From Actinomycetota bacterium (GTDB lineage Bacteria; Actinomycetota; UBA4738; CALAEC01), in NCBI GenBank assembly GCA_036001425.1, contig DASYUI010000038.1:8139-72138 (forward strand): a stretch of DNA of 64,000 nucleotides, read 5' to 3'. The notes under the pieces are model-generated. The model saw nothing but the letters and a program-made list of their open reading frames with translations. It was not told the origin of the DNA and did no database searches. The position numbers and the translations under genes are program-made. Positions 56,382 to 64,000 of this stretch are shown piece by piece. How positions within the stretch are numbered: the first letter of the stretch is position 1; each line of letters opens with the position of its first letter.

Positions 56382-57407
56382 TTGGTCCAAGGGGCCGCGG
56401 CGTGGCTCGGGCCGGGCCGCCTGATCGAGGACCCAGCCGTGGTCGTTCGGGGTTCCCGAGTAACGTACGCCGGTCCCGCTGCCGGAGCTCCGGAGGCCGA
56501 CGAAGAGCTCGCGGGCGACTGGTTCCTGATGCCGGGGGTGATCGATCACCACGTCCACATCCGGCTGTCGGAGCCGCCGGCGGTCCTCGCGGGCGGGGTG
56601 ACCTCGGTGCGTGATCTGGGCTGGGCACCGGACGAGATCTTCCCCCTGGCCGATATCTCGCAGGCAACGGACTTCGACGGGCCTGCGATCGCGGCGGTGG
56701 GCCAGTTCATCACCGCGGTGGGGGGCTATCCGAGCCGGGCCGGATGGTGCGCCCCGGGCGGCTGGATCGAGGTCCGAGGCACCGAGGAGGCCACAGCAGC
56801 GGTGGAGCAGATCGTCGCCCTGGACCCCGCCGCCATCAAGGTGGCCCTCAACGCGGAGGCCGGCCCCACGCTTGCCGACGCGGAGCTCGTCGCGGTGTGC
56901 GACGTGGCCCACGCCCGCGGACTGCGGGTCGCGGCCCACGTGCAGGGGCACGGCCAGACGGAGCGCGCCCTTGGAGCTGGCGTCGACGAGCTGGCCCACA
57001 CGCCCTGGACCGAGCGGCTTTCGGATGAGCTCGTCGCCTCGGTGGCTCGCCGGATGAGCATCTGCTCCACGTTGGACATCCATTCGTACGGCAGGCGAAC
57101 GCCCCAGCTCGACACGGCCCTCGACAACCTCCGGCGCTTCGCCGAGGCCGGGGGAAGGGTGCGATACGGAACCGACTTGGGTAACGGGCCGATCCCTCCG
57201 GGGATCCACCTGCGAGAAGCGCTCCACCTGGCCAACGCGGGCTTGTCTCCGGAGGCCGTCCTCACCGCGATGACCGGCTGGAGGTTGCGGGATGGTGCGC
57301 CGGGCGACGTCCTGGCACTGGGCGCCAACCCCCTCGAGGATCTTCGGGCGTTCGCCGGGCTGAGGTTGGTGATCCGGTCCGGCCGCGTGAGCCATCGTGC
57401 CCGCTGA
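56382..57407 (+). CDS. Metal-dependent amidohydrolase family protein
   Basis: LMPGVIDHHVHI (HxH metal motif). Later AAHVQGH and ELAHT His residues. TTG start uncertain. Confidence 0.78.
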   Translation: MVQGAAAWLGPGRLIEDPAVVVRGSRVTYAGPAAGAPEADEELAGDWFLMPGVIDHHVHIRLSEPPAVLAGGVTSVRDLGWAPDEIFPLADISQATDFDGPAIAAVGQFITAVGGYPSRAGWCAPGGWIEVRGTEEATAAVEQIVALDPAAIKVALNAEAGPTLADAELVAVCDVAHARGLRVAAHVQGHGQTERALGAGVDELAHTPWTERLSDELVASVARRMSICSTLDIHSYGRRTPQLDTALDNLRRFAEAGGRVRYGTDLGNGPIPPGIHLREALHLANAGLSPEAVLTAMTGWRLRDGAPGDVLALGANPLEDLRAFAGLRLVIRSGRVSHRAR

Positions 57408-57436
57408 GACTCGCATGGAGTCGCTCCGCGCCGCCC

Positions 57437-58261
57437 TTGCCTGGTATGGTGCCCGCCGTGGCGCAGCCGGAGACACGGGCGAGAGCGACCCCGCGGGGCC
57501 GCCGCATCGCGTTCCTGATCCTGGCCGGACTGCTTGGCGTGGCATGGGCGGGTCCCCTCTTCGGCTTGCCCAGCCTGGTCCTGGGGTGGTTCGAGACCGG
57601 CGATCGCTTCATCCACCGGGTCCACGACCTGGGGTACGGCACCTGGGCCAGCATGTTCATGGCCGTCGGGTACCTCTCCCAACTGCGTTCGCCTGAGCGT
57701 CGGATCGCCGGGTTCCAGCAGACGGCCCTCGCCCTTGTCGGGTTGGGGGTGGCCGGGGCGCTGTCCGCGGACGGCTTCACCCTTCTCTTCCTCCTCGGCT
57801 TCGCCGTCCTCACCGTCGTCCTCGGTTGGCTGCACCCCGCTCGGGAGCAGGTGCTCGAGCGAGGACAGCAGCCGAGCGTCCCTCTCCTCGTCCTGGCGAT
57901 CGCTGCGGCCGTCCCCCTCACCATGTACGCCGTCGACATGGCCGAGCTCCAGCGGACCGGCCTGGCCGGCGATCCCCATGTCGCGGAGCGCCACTGGTCC
58001 ACGATGGCCTCTCTCGCACTCTCGATCTGGCTCGTCGCCGCTCAAGCTGGGTTGCGGACGCCGGGATGGCGGATCCCCGCCTGGAGCGCCGGGGTGGCCG
58101 CGGCTTTGCTCGGGCTGGCCTCAACGGTGTTCCCTGCCTACCCGGGCAGCGTCGGCACGACCTGGGGGCTGGTAGCGCTCGTCGGCGGCGTCGTCTTCGT
58201 GGGGCTGGCCGAGTGGGTCCACCGCCGTGAGTCGCAGCGCGAGGTGGTGAGGCTCGCCTAG
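57437..58261 (+). CDS. Hypothetical polytopic membrane protein
   Basis: 7-8 hydrophobic segments, no recognised motif. Its stop overlaps the convergent S9 peptidase stop (CTAG). Confidence 0.55.
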   Translation: MPGMVPAVAQPETRARATPRGRRIAFLILAGLLGVAWAGPLFGLPSLVLGWFETGDRFIHRVHDLGYGTWASMFMAVGYLSQLRSPERRIAGFQQTALALVGLGVAGALSADGFTLLFLLGFAVLTVVLGWLHPAREQVLERGQQPSVPLLVLAIAAAVPLTMYAVDMAELQRTGLAGDPHVAERHWSTMASLALSIWLVAAQAGLRTPGWRIPAWSAGVAAALLGLASTVFPAYPGSVGTTWGLVALVGGVVFVGLAEWVHRRESQREVVRLA

Positions 58262-60288
58262 GCCGAGCTCTTCCCTTCCCGGGCCGGCATCCAGCGCTCG
58301 AACCAGCCCACCGTCCGGGCGCACCAGTCGATGAACGCGGGATACGTTCGGACCCCATGCCCTTCCTCGGGGTAGACCGCGATCTCCGCCGGGACGCCGT
58401 GCTCCCGGAGCGCTCGGAACATCTCCCAGGCCTGGCCCGGAGGGGTGCACCGGTCGACCAGCCCCGCGGTGAGGAACATCGGGGTTCGCACCCGTGACGC
58501 GAACATGACCGGGCTTCGCTCGAAGTACGGGCCGCCGGGGGTCGTGGGCTCCGCGCGGAGGAACTCACGGTCCCATCGCCCGATGTTGCTGTCCCAGTGC
58601 TCGCTGTACCAGTCGGTGACGGGGGAGAGCGAGACGGAGGCGGCGAAGCGGTCGGTCTGCGTTGGCAGCCACGCCGCCATGAACCCCCCGTACGATCCCC
58701 CCAGCACGCCGAGGCGTTCGGGGTCCGCCACCCCTCGCTCCACGAGGGCGTCGATCCCCGCCAGGACGTCTGCGGCGTCCCCGCCGCCCATGTCACCCAC
58801 CACGAGCTCGGCGAACCCCTGGCCCCGACCGGTGCTGCCACGCGGGTTGGGTTGGAACACGGCGTATCCCCTCGACACGAGGAGCGGGGTGAATGCGTAC
58901 CCCATGCTCCAGTGATCCTGGTACCGGCCGATCGGGCCACCGTGGACGAACGCCACGAGGGGGTGCGGTCCGGGCTCCTCCGGCACGGTCAGGAACCCCT
59001 CGATCTCCGTGCCGTCAGGCGCGGTCCATGACACGCGCTCGAGCCGTCCCGCCACCTCGGAGAGGTACCTCGTCCCGTCGTGCGCGAACGACGCCACCGT
59101 CTCGGGCTTCCCGTTCCGGAACACGGCGAGCTCGGGAGGGCGCTCGAAGGACTCCAGAAATGCCACGAAGGCATCGTCGCCGAGCGGAGCCCCCTGCGGG
59201 TCACGGGAACCCAGGGACTCGGTCCCCGCCCACAGCTCTCGCGGTTCGAGGCTCTCGGCGTCGACCTCGCCGGCCACCGTGTCAAGCCCGCGTTGGCCGG
59301 CGAAGAAGAGCTGCCCCTCGTCCCGCCATGCGATGTCGGTGACGTCCGCTCCGAGGGTCTCCGCCGCGGTCGCTTCCCCGGTTTCCGGGTCGATCAAGAC
59401 GAGGTCGCCGGCGACGAACCCGCGGTCGCTGGCGAGGGCCTGCACCACGGCCAGGCGGCGCCCGCTCGGGGAGGCCGCGGGGAGGCCGACCTGGCGATCC
59501 CCGCGCCCGCTGCTGTAGACGATCCGCTCCTCGCCGGTCGCCGGGTCCAGGAGAGCCACCCTGGCGCCGAACCACGCGCTCTCCTCGGGGTCTTCGGACA
59601 CCACCGCGGCGATGGTCTCCGGGCCGCACCACACGGCCTCCCACACGTTCAGGCCCTCGCGGGATGCCTGGCGGGCTTCCCCCGACTCCAGGTCGGCCAC
59701 GTGCAGCCGCCTCCAACGACCCGAGTCCTCCGGGGACTGAACCACGGGAAGCCACGAAGGCCGGTCCTCGTCCTCGTCCTCGTCCTCGGCCTCGACGATC
59801 CCGGAGCCAAGGGCCACGCCCCGGTCGCCCCCGAAGCCGACGTTGCCCAGGAGGACCCGAGTGCCGTCCGGCGACCAGTTCAGGTACTCCACTGTCCCCT
59901 CCACCACCGGCCCCGGCCTGGCCTCCCCGATCCGGTCCAGGTCCAGGACGTAGAGCTGCGACAGGCCCTTCCTGTCACGGTCGGAGAGGAAGGCGAGGCG
60001 ACGGCCGTCGGGCGACCACCGGGGCATGGAATCGGTGTTGGGCCCGTGGGTTACTTCCTCGATCCGCCCCTCCTCCAGGTCCACGAGGCAGACCCGGGGC
60101 TGGGCCGCGCCTTCCAGCTTCTCTAGCCGGGTGCCGGTGAAAGCCACGAACCTTCCATCAGGGGAGGGCCGGGGATCCGAGCCCACCGAGATTCGGCCGA
60201 ACGCGGGACCCAGGGCCTTCCGGAAATGCTCCTCGACCTGTTTGTACAGCGGCGTCTCACGAAGGTCTCGATCCATGACGGGAAGCAT
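58258..60288 (-). CDS. S9 family serine peptidase (prolyl oligopeptidase/acylaminoacyl-peptidase-like) with N-terminal beta-propeller
   Basis: Nucleophile elbow [10 protein letters not shown]-terminal EEGHGV, WSPDG propeller repeats. Start ATG 60288 or 60276. Track start 60543 is antisense to uvrA. Confidence 0.85.
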   Translation of the reverse strand: MLPVMDRDLRETPLYKQVEEHFRKALGPAFGRISVGSDPRPSPDGRFVAFTGTRLEKLEGAAQPRVCLVDLEEGRIEEVTHGPNTDSMPRWSPDGRRLAFLSDRDRKGLSQLYVLDLDRIGEARPGPVVEGTVEYLNWSPDGTRVLLGNVGFGGDRGVALGSGIVEAEDEDEDEDRPSWLPVVQSPEDSGRWRRLHVADLESGEARQASREGLNVWEAVWCGPETIAAVVSEDPEESAWFGARVALLDPATGEERIVYSSGRGDRQVGLPAASPSGRRLAVVQALASDRGFVAGDLVLIDPETGEATAAETLGADVTDIAWRDEGQLFFAGQRGLDTVAGEVDAESLEPRELWAGTESLGSRDPQGAPLGDDAFVAFLESFERPPELAVFRNGKPETVASFAHDGTRYLSEVAGRLERVSWTAPDGTEIEGFLTVPEEPGPHPLVAFVHGGPIGRYQDHWSMGYAFTPLLVSRGYAVFQPNPRGSTGRGQGFAELVVGDMGGGDAADVLAGIDALVERGVADPERLGVLGGSYGGFMAAWLPTQTDRFAASVSLSPVTDWYSEHWDSNIGRWDREFLRAEPTTPGGPYFERSPVMFASRVRTPMFLTAGLVDRCTPPGQAWEMFRALREHGVPAEIAVYPEEGHGVRTYPAFIDWCARTVGWFERWMPAREGKSSA
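59764..59787. repeat. Hexanucleotide tandem repeat (GTCCTC)x4 inside the S9 peptidase gene
   Basis: Read directly. Encodes the EDEDEDED run on the minus strand. Confidence 0.85.
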
Positions 60289-60392
60289 ACGCGGGGTTCG
60301 ATTGGGCCGGCGCGGGTACCGAGCTTGGGCGAGGAGTGTGGCACGGCCGCGAGGGACCCGCGCCGGCCCCTCAGGCCCCGGACGCTCCCCGC

Positions 60393-60398
60393 TACAAT
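60393..60398 (+). promoter_or_regulatory. -10-like TACAAT 8 nt upstream of the uvrA GTG (leaderless candidate)
   Basis: TACAAT at 60393-60398, GTG at 60407, no SD. Confidence 0.4.
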
Positions 60399-60406
60399 GT
60401 CCCTCC

Positions 60407-63271
60407 GTGGGCACCGATCGGCTCGTCATCCACGGCGCCCGTGAGCACAATCTCAAGAACCTCCATCTGGAGCTTCCCCGAGACAAGCTGATCGTGTTCA
60501 CGGGTCTGTCCGGCTCCGGCAAGTCGTCGCTGGCCTTCGACACGATCTACGCGGAGGGCCAACGGCGGTACGTGGAGTCGCTGTCCGCCTACGCCCGGCA
60601 GTTCCTGGGCCAGATGGAGAAGCCCGACGTCGACTTCATCGAGGGCCTGTCGCCGGCCATCTCTATCGACCAGAAGTCCGGATCGCGGAACCCCCGGTCG
60701 ACCGTGGGAACCATCACCGAGATCTATGACTACCTGCGGGTCCTGTATGCGCGCATCGGCAAGCCCCACTGCCCCAAGTGCGGCCGGCCCATCGGGCGCC
60801 AGACGCCGGACCAGATCGTGGACCAGGTCATGACCCTTCCGGAGGGGACACGGTTCCAGGTTCTGGCCCCGGTGGTGCGGGGCCGCAAGGGAGAGTACGA
60901 ACGGCTGTTGAAGGACCTCGCTCGCAAGGGGTTCGCCCGGGCACGCATCGACGGCGTGGTCCGGGACCTGTCGGAGCCGATCCGCCTCGACCGGTACTAC
61001 AAGCACGACATCGAAGTGGTGGTGGACCGCCTGGTGGCCAAGCCAGATATCCGCCGACGGGTGGCTGACTCGGTCGAGACGGCGCTTGAGCTCTCCGAGG
61101 GGCTGGCGGCGCTGGCGGTGCAGACCGACGGCAAGGAAGAGACGGTCACCTTCTCCGAGAAGCTGGCCTGTACTTTCGACGGGCTCTCCTTCGACGAGCT
61201 CCAGCCCCGGAACTTCTCGTTCAACTCTCCGTACGGGGCGTGCGCCACGTGCGACGGATTGGGGATCCGGCTGGAGGTCGATCCCGAACTGGTCGTCCCC
61301 GATCCGGATCTGTCGATCCGGCAAGGGGCCGTCTCGCCGTTCGCCTCGACCCGGCTCGAATACTGGAACCGGGTGCTGGAGGCAACCGCCGAGGCCCACG
61401 GGTTCTCGCTGGACACGCCGTGGCGGCGGCTGTCTTCCCGGGCCAAGGAGATCATCCTGTACGGCTCCGATCAGGACATCTACATCCGGTACCGGAATCG
61501 ATACGGGCGCCAGCGCGCTTACTACACGACGTACGAGGGAGCGATCTCGGTGATCGAGCGGCGTCACGACGAGACCGACTCGGACTACGCGCGTGCCCGG
61601 TACGAGCAGTACATGCGGGAGGTGCCCTGCAGGAGCTGCAAGGGGGCCCGGCTTCGTCCCGAGTCGCTCGCCGTAACCGTGGGGAACCGGAGCATCGCGG
61701 AGCTCACCGCGCTGTCCGTGGAAGAGTCGCTGCGGTTCCTCCAGCAGCTTCGAGCCAGGCTCACCGATCGCGAGCGGCTGATCTCCGAGCGACTCCTCAA
61801 GGAGATCCGGGAACGGCTGGGCTTCCTGGTCGACGTGGGCCTCGACTACCTCACGCTCGATCGCGCCTCCGCCACATTGGCGGGCGGGGAATCCCAGCGC
61901 ATCCGCCTGGCGACCCAGATCGGCTCCGGGCTGGTAGGGGTCCTGTACATCCTCGACGAGCCCTCCATCGGGCTCCACCAGCGGGACAACAAGCGGCTCC
62001 TCGACACCCTGATCCGGCTCCGGGACCTGGGCAACACCCTGATCGTGGTGGAGCACGATGAGGCCACCATCCGGGCGGCGGACTGGATCGTGGATATCGG
62101 ACCGGGCGCCGGGGAGGCAGGCGGGGAGATCGTGTACTCGGGTCCGGTGGAGGGGCTCCTCGACCACGAGACCTCCATCACGGGCGCGTACATGACCGGA
62201 CGCCGGGAGATCCCCACCCCGCAGGTCCGCCGGAAGCCCCAGGACCGGTGGCTCGAGGTGAAGGGAGCCGCCGAGCACAACCTCAAGAGGATCGACGTGG
62301 CCATTCCCCTGGGCGCACTCGTGTGCGTGACCGGGGTGTCCGGCTCGGGAAAGTCCACCTTGGTGCAGGACGTGCTCTCTCGCGCGCTTCAGGCTCGCGT
62401 GAACCGCTCCCGGGTCGTTCCGGGGAAGCACCGTCGGATGATCGGGTGGGAAGAGATCGACAAGCTGGTGGTGGTGGACCAGTCGCCGATCGGCCGGACG
62501 CCGCGTTCGAATCCCGCGACCTACACCGGGGTGTTCGACCACGTCCGGCGGCTGTTTTCGCAGGTTCCCGAAGCCCGGGTCCGCGGCTACCAGCCTGGGC
62601 GGTTCTCCTTCAACGTGCGCGGCGGCCGGTGCGAGGCGTGCGCAGGGGAGGGTCAGATCAAGATCGAGATGCACTTCCTCCCTGACGTATGGGTCACGTG
62701 CGAGCAGTGCAAGGGACGCCGGTACAACCGCGAGACGCTGGAGGTCCGGTTCAAGGGGAAGAACATCTCCGACGTTCTCGCCATGAGCGTAGACGAGGGC
62801 CTCGAGTTCTTCCGGAACATCCCGGTGATCGCCCGGCACATGCAGACGCTGTCCGACGTTGGACTCGGGTACATCAAGCTGGGACAGCCGGCGCCGACGC
62901 TCTCCGGCGGAGAGGCGCAACGCGTCAAGCTGGCGTCGGAACTCTCCCGGCGGGCCACCGGCCGGACGTTCTACATCCTCGACGAGCCCACGACGGGCCT
63001 CCACTTCGACGACATCCGGAAGCTGCTCGCGGTCCTCGAACGGCTCGTCTCCGCCGGGAACACCGTCGTGGTCATCGAGCATCAGCTCGACGTGGTCAAG
63101 ACGGCGGACTGGATCATCGATCTGGGCCCCGAGGGCGGCGACGCGGGCGGCGAGGTCGTCGCCGCCGGGCCGCCCGAGGACGTGGCCGCGAGCCCCCGCT
63201 CCTACACGGGGCAGGTCCTGCGCCCGTTGCTACACGTTGCGGAGCGGGCCCCGGCCGGCGCCCGGGCCTGA
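60407..63271 (+). CDS. uvrA: Excinuclease ABC subunit A
   Basis: Begins [18 protein letters not shown]. Two ABC modules ([20 protein letters not shown]) and CxxC zinc modules. About 954 aa from GTG 60407. Track start 60026 is antisense to the S9 peptidase. Confidence 0.95.
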   Translation: MGTDRLVIHGAREHNLKNLHLELPRDKLIVFTGLSGSGKSSLAFDTIYAEGQRRYVESLSAYARQFLGQMEKPDVDFIEGLSPAISIDQKSGSRNPRSTVGTITEIYDYLRVLYARIGKPHCPKCGRPIGRQTPDQIVDQVMTLPEGTRFQVLAPVVRGRKGEYERLLKDLARKGFARARIDGVVRDLSEPIRLDRYYKHDIEVVVDRLVAKPDIRRRVADSVETALELSEGLAALAVQTDGKEETVTFSEKLACTFDGLSFDELQPRNFSFNSPYGACATCDGLGIRLEVDPELVVPDPDLSIRQGAVSPFASTRLEYWNRVLEATAEAHGFSLDTPWRRLSSRAKEIILYGSDQDIYIRYRNRYGRQRAYYTTYEGAISVIERRHDETDSDYARARYEQYMREVPCRSCKGARLRPESLAVTVGNRSIAELTALSVEESLRFLQQLRARLTDRERLISERLLKEIRERLGFLVDVGLDYLTLDRASATLAGGESQRIRLATQIGSGLVGVLYILDEPSIGLHQRDNKRLLDTLIRLRDLGNTLIVVEHDEATIRAADWIVDIGPGAGEAGGEIVYSGPVEGLLDHETSITGAYMTGRREIPTPQVRRKPQDRWLEVKGAAEHNLKRIDVAIPLGALVCVTGVSGSGKSTLVQDVLSRALQARVNRSRVVPGKHRRMIGWEEIDKLVVVDQSPIGRTPRSNPATYTGVFDHVRRLFSQVPEARVRGYQPGRFSFNVRGGRCEACAGEGQIKIEMHFLPDVWVTCEQCKGRRYNRETLEVRFKGKNISDVLAMSVDEGLEFFRNIPVIARHMQTLSDVGLGYIKLGQPAPTLSGGEAQRVKLASELSRRATGRTFYILDEPTTGLHFDDIRKLLAVLERLVSAGNTVVVIEHQLDVVKTADWIIDLGPEGGDAGGEVVAAGPPEDVAASPRSYTGQVLRPLLHVAERAPAGARA

Positions 63272-63345
63272 GGATGCACCGACGCGTCCGGACCTCCAGA
63301 CGGATTCGCCCGGCCGATCACCGCCGTGATAGAAACGTCGGCGCT

Positions 63346-64000
63346 GTGCGGCGCACGACCCTCCCTCTGATCGCGGTCCTGACGCTCGCGGGCGCGGCCT
63401 GCGGCGGCCCGGGGATCGTGATCCGGTCCGGACCGACCGAGAACGTGTTCGTCCCCCAGGTAGTGGACTTCGAGGACGCTCCGGGCCGAGGAGTCTCTCT
63501 GGCAGTTGACGCGGAGGGCAATCCGCACCTCGCCTACCTCGCGTTCGAGAGCAACGCCAAGGCAGGGGGTCCGGCCGAGCAGGCGGATCCCAACGCGCCC
63601 AAGCTCCCGGCGGTCAGGCACGCCCACCTCATCGAGGGAATTTGGACCAGAAGCGTCGTGGCGGACAATCAACAGGCGCTGGGAGGGGGAGATACCACGG
63701 CCATCGCAGTGGACGCCGAAGGAGTCCACCACGTGGCCTGGACCGCCGGAGATAGCCTCTTCTACTCGAACAACGCGGAGGGCGCCGAGTTCTCGAAACC
63801 CGAGGAGGTCGCTGCCGACGTGATCGGCGGACTATCCGTGGCCGCCGACGGCGGACGGGTGGCGATCTCGTTCTTCGAGAGCGGTGGCGGCGGCCCCGGC
63901 CCCCTCGTCCGGGTTGCAGTCCGGGAAGGTACCCGGTGGACGGTGGAGACCGCAGCCGAGGTGGGGCGGGTCGGAGAACCCGCTACAGCGGTTGGCTTCG
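63346..64000 (+). CDS. Hypothetical lipoprotein with repeated beta-strand-like blocks (3' end outside window)
   Basis: Open frame to the window end (absent from the track because there is no stop). Signal peptide with lipobox LAGAAC. High GC3. Repeats such as DAEGNPHLAYLAFES and DAEGVHHVAWTAG. ATG 63274 is an alternative start. Confidence 0.6.
   Translation, partial: MRRTTLPLIAVLTLAGAACGGPGIVIRSGPTENVFVPQVVDFEDAPGRGVSLAVDAEGNPHLAYLAFESNAKAGGPAEQADPNAPKLPAVRHAHLIEGIWTRSVVADNQQALGGGDTTAIAVDAEGVHHVAWTAGDSLFYSNNAEGAEFSKPEEVAADVIGGLSVAADGGRVAISFFESGGGGPGPLVRVAVREGTRWTVETAAEVGRVGEPATAVGF

Noticed and set aside
60293-60312. GTTCGA half-site upstream of uvrA / the S9 peptidase as an SOS box
   Set aside because: Only one half of the TCGAAC-N4-GTTCGA palindrome is present.
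60392-63082. 896-aa minus-strand ORF. Similar cases: 43338-45932, 3253-4851, 55701-57545, 35975-37900 and 10307-11872.
   Set aside because: Each is exactly antisense to a well-supported gene (uvrA, polA, murF/mraY, propeller/amidohydrolase, livF/solA, murB). All have Arg/Gly/Pro/Asp/His-rich composition and no recognisable motifs.

Overview
Visibly high-GC (not computed), actinobacterial-type chromosomal window. It is almost fully coding and dominated by housekeeping genes. From left to right: (1) a complete dcw cell-wall/division cluster (ftsI, murE, murF, mraY, murD, ftsW, murG, murC, murB, ftsQ, ftsZ, pgeF, yggS, sepF, yggT, divIVA); (2) ileS on the minus strand behind a T-box leader; (3) a TraR/DksA-like zinc-finger gene, lspA and rluD; (4) a Cas4-like PD-(D/E)XK nuclease divergent from dnaE; (5) tRNA-Leu(CAA); (6) a 10-gene same-strand amino-acid uptake block (Liv-type ABC, MSOX/MTOX-like flavoenzyme, polar amino-acid ABC, cupredoxin lipoprotein); (7) polA, rpsA, coaE, uvrB and uvrA, with lineage-specific genes inserted between them. 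I saw no rRNA, CRISPR array, transposase/integrase or recognisable defence system, and I could not support a clearly novel multi-gene system. The best second-look candidates are the ileS T-box with an apparently terminator-type expression platform, a type III PKS plus ACAD-fold flavoprotein cassette inserted between polA and rpsA, the long transporter/oxidase/cupredoxin block, a hairpin-dense 369-bp convergent spacer, an inverted repeat over the polA -10 region, and several apparently leaderless genes. Many long ORFs in the supplied track are antisense or 5'-over-extended artefacts typical of high-GC DNA. Several starts were re-set from sequence context. All family calls rest on motifs read by eye, not on searches.
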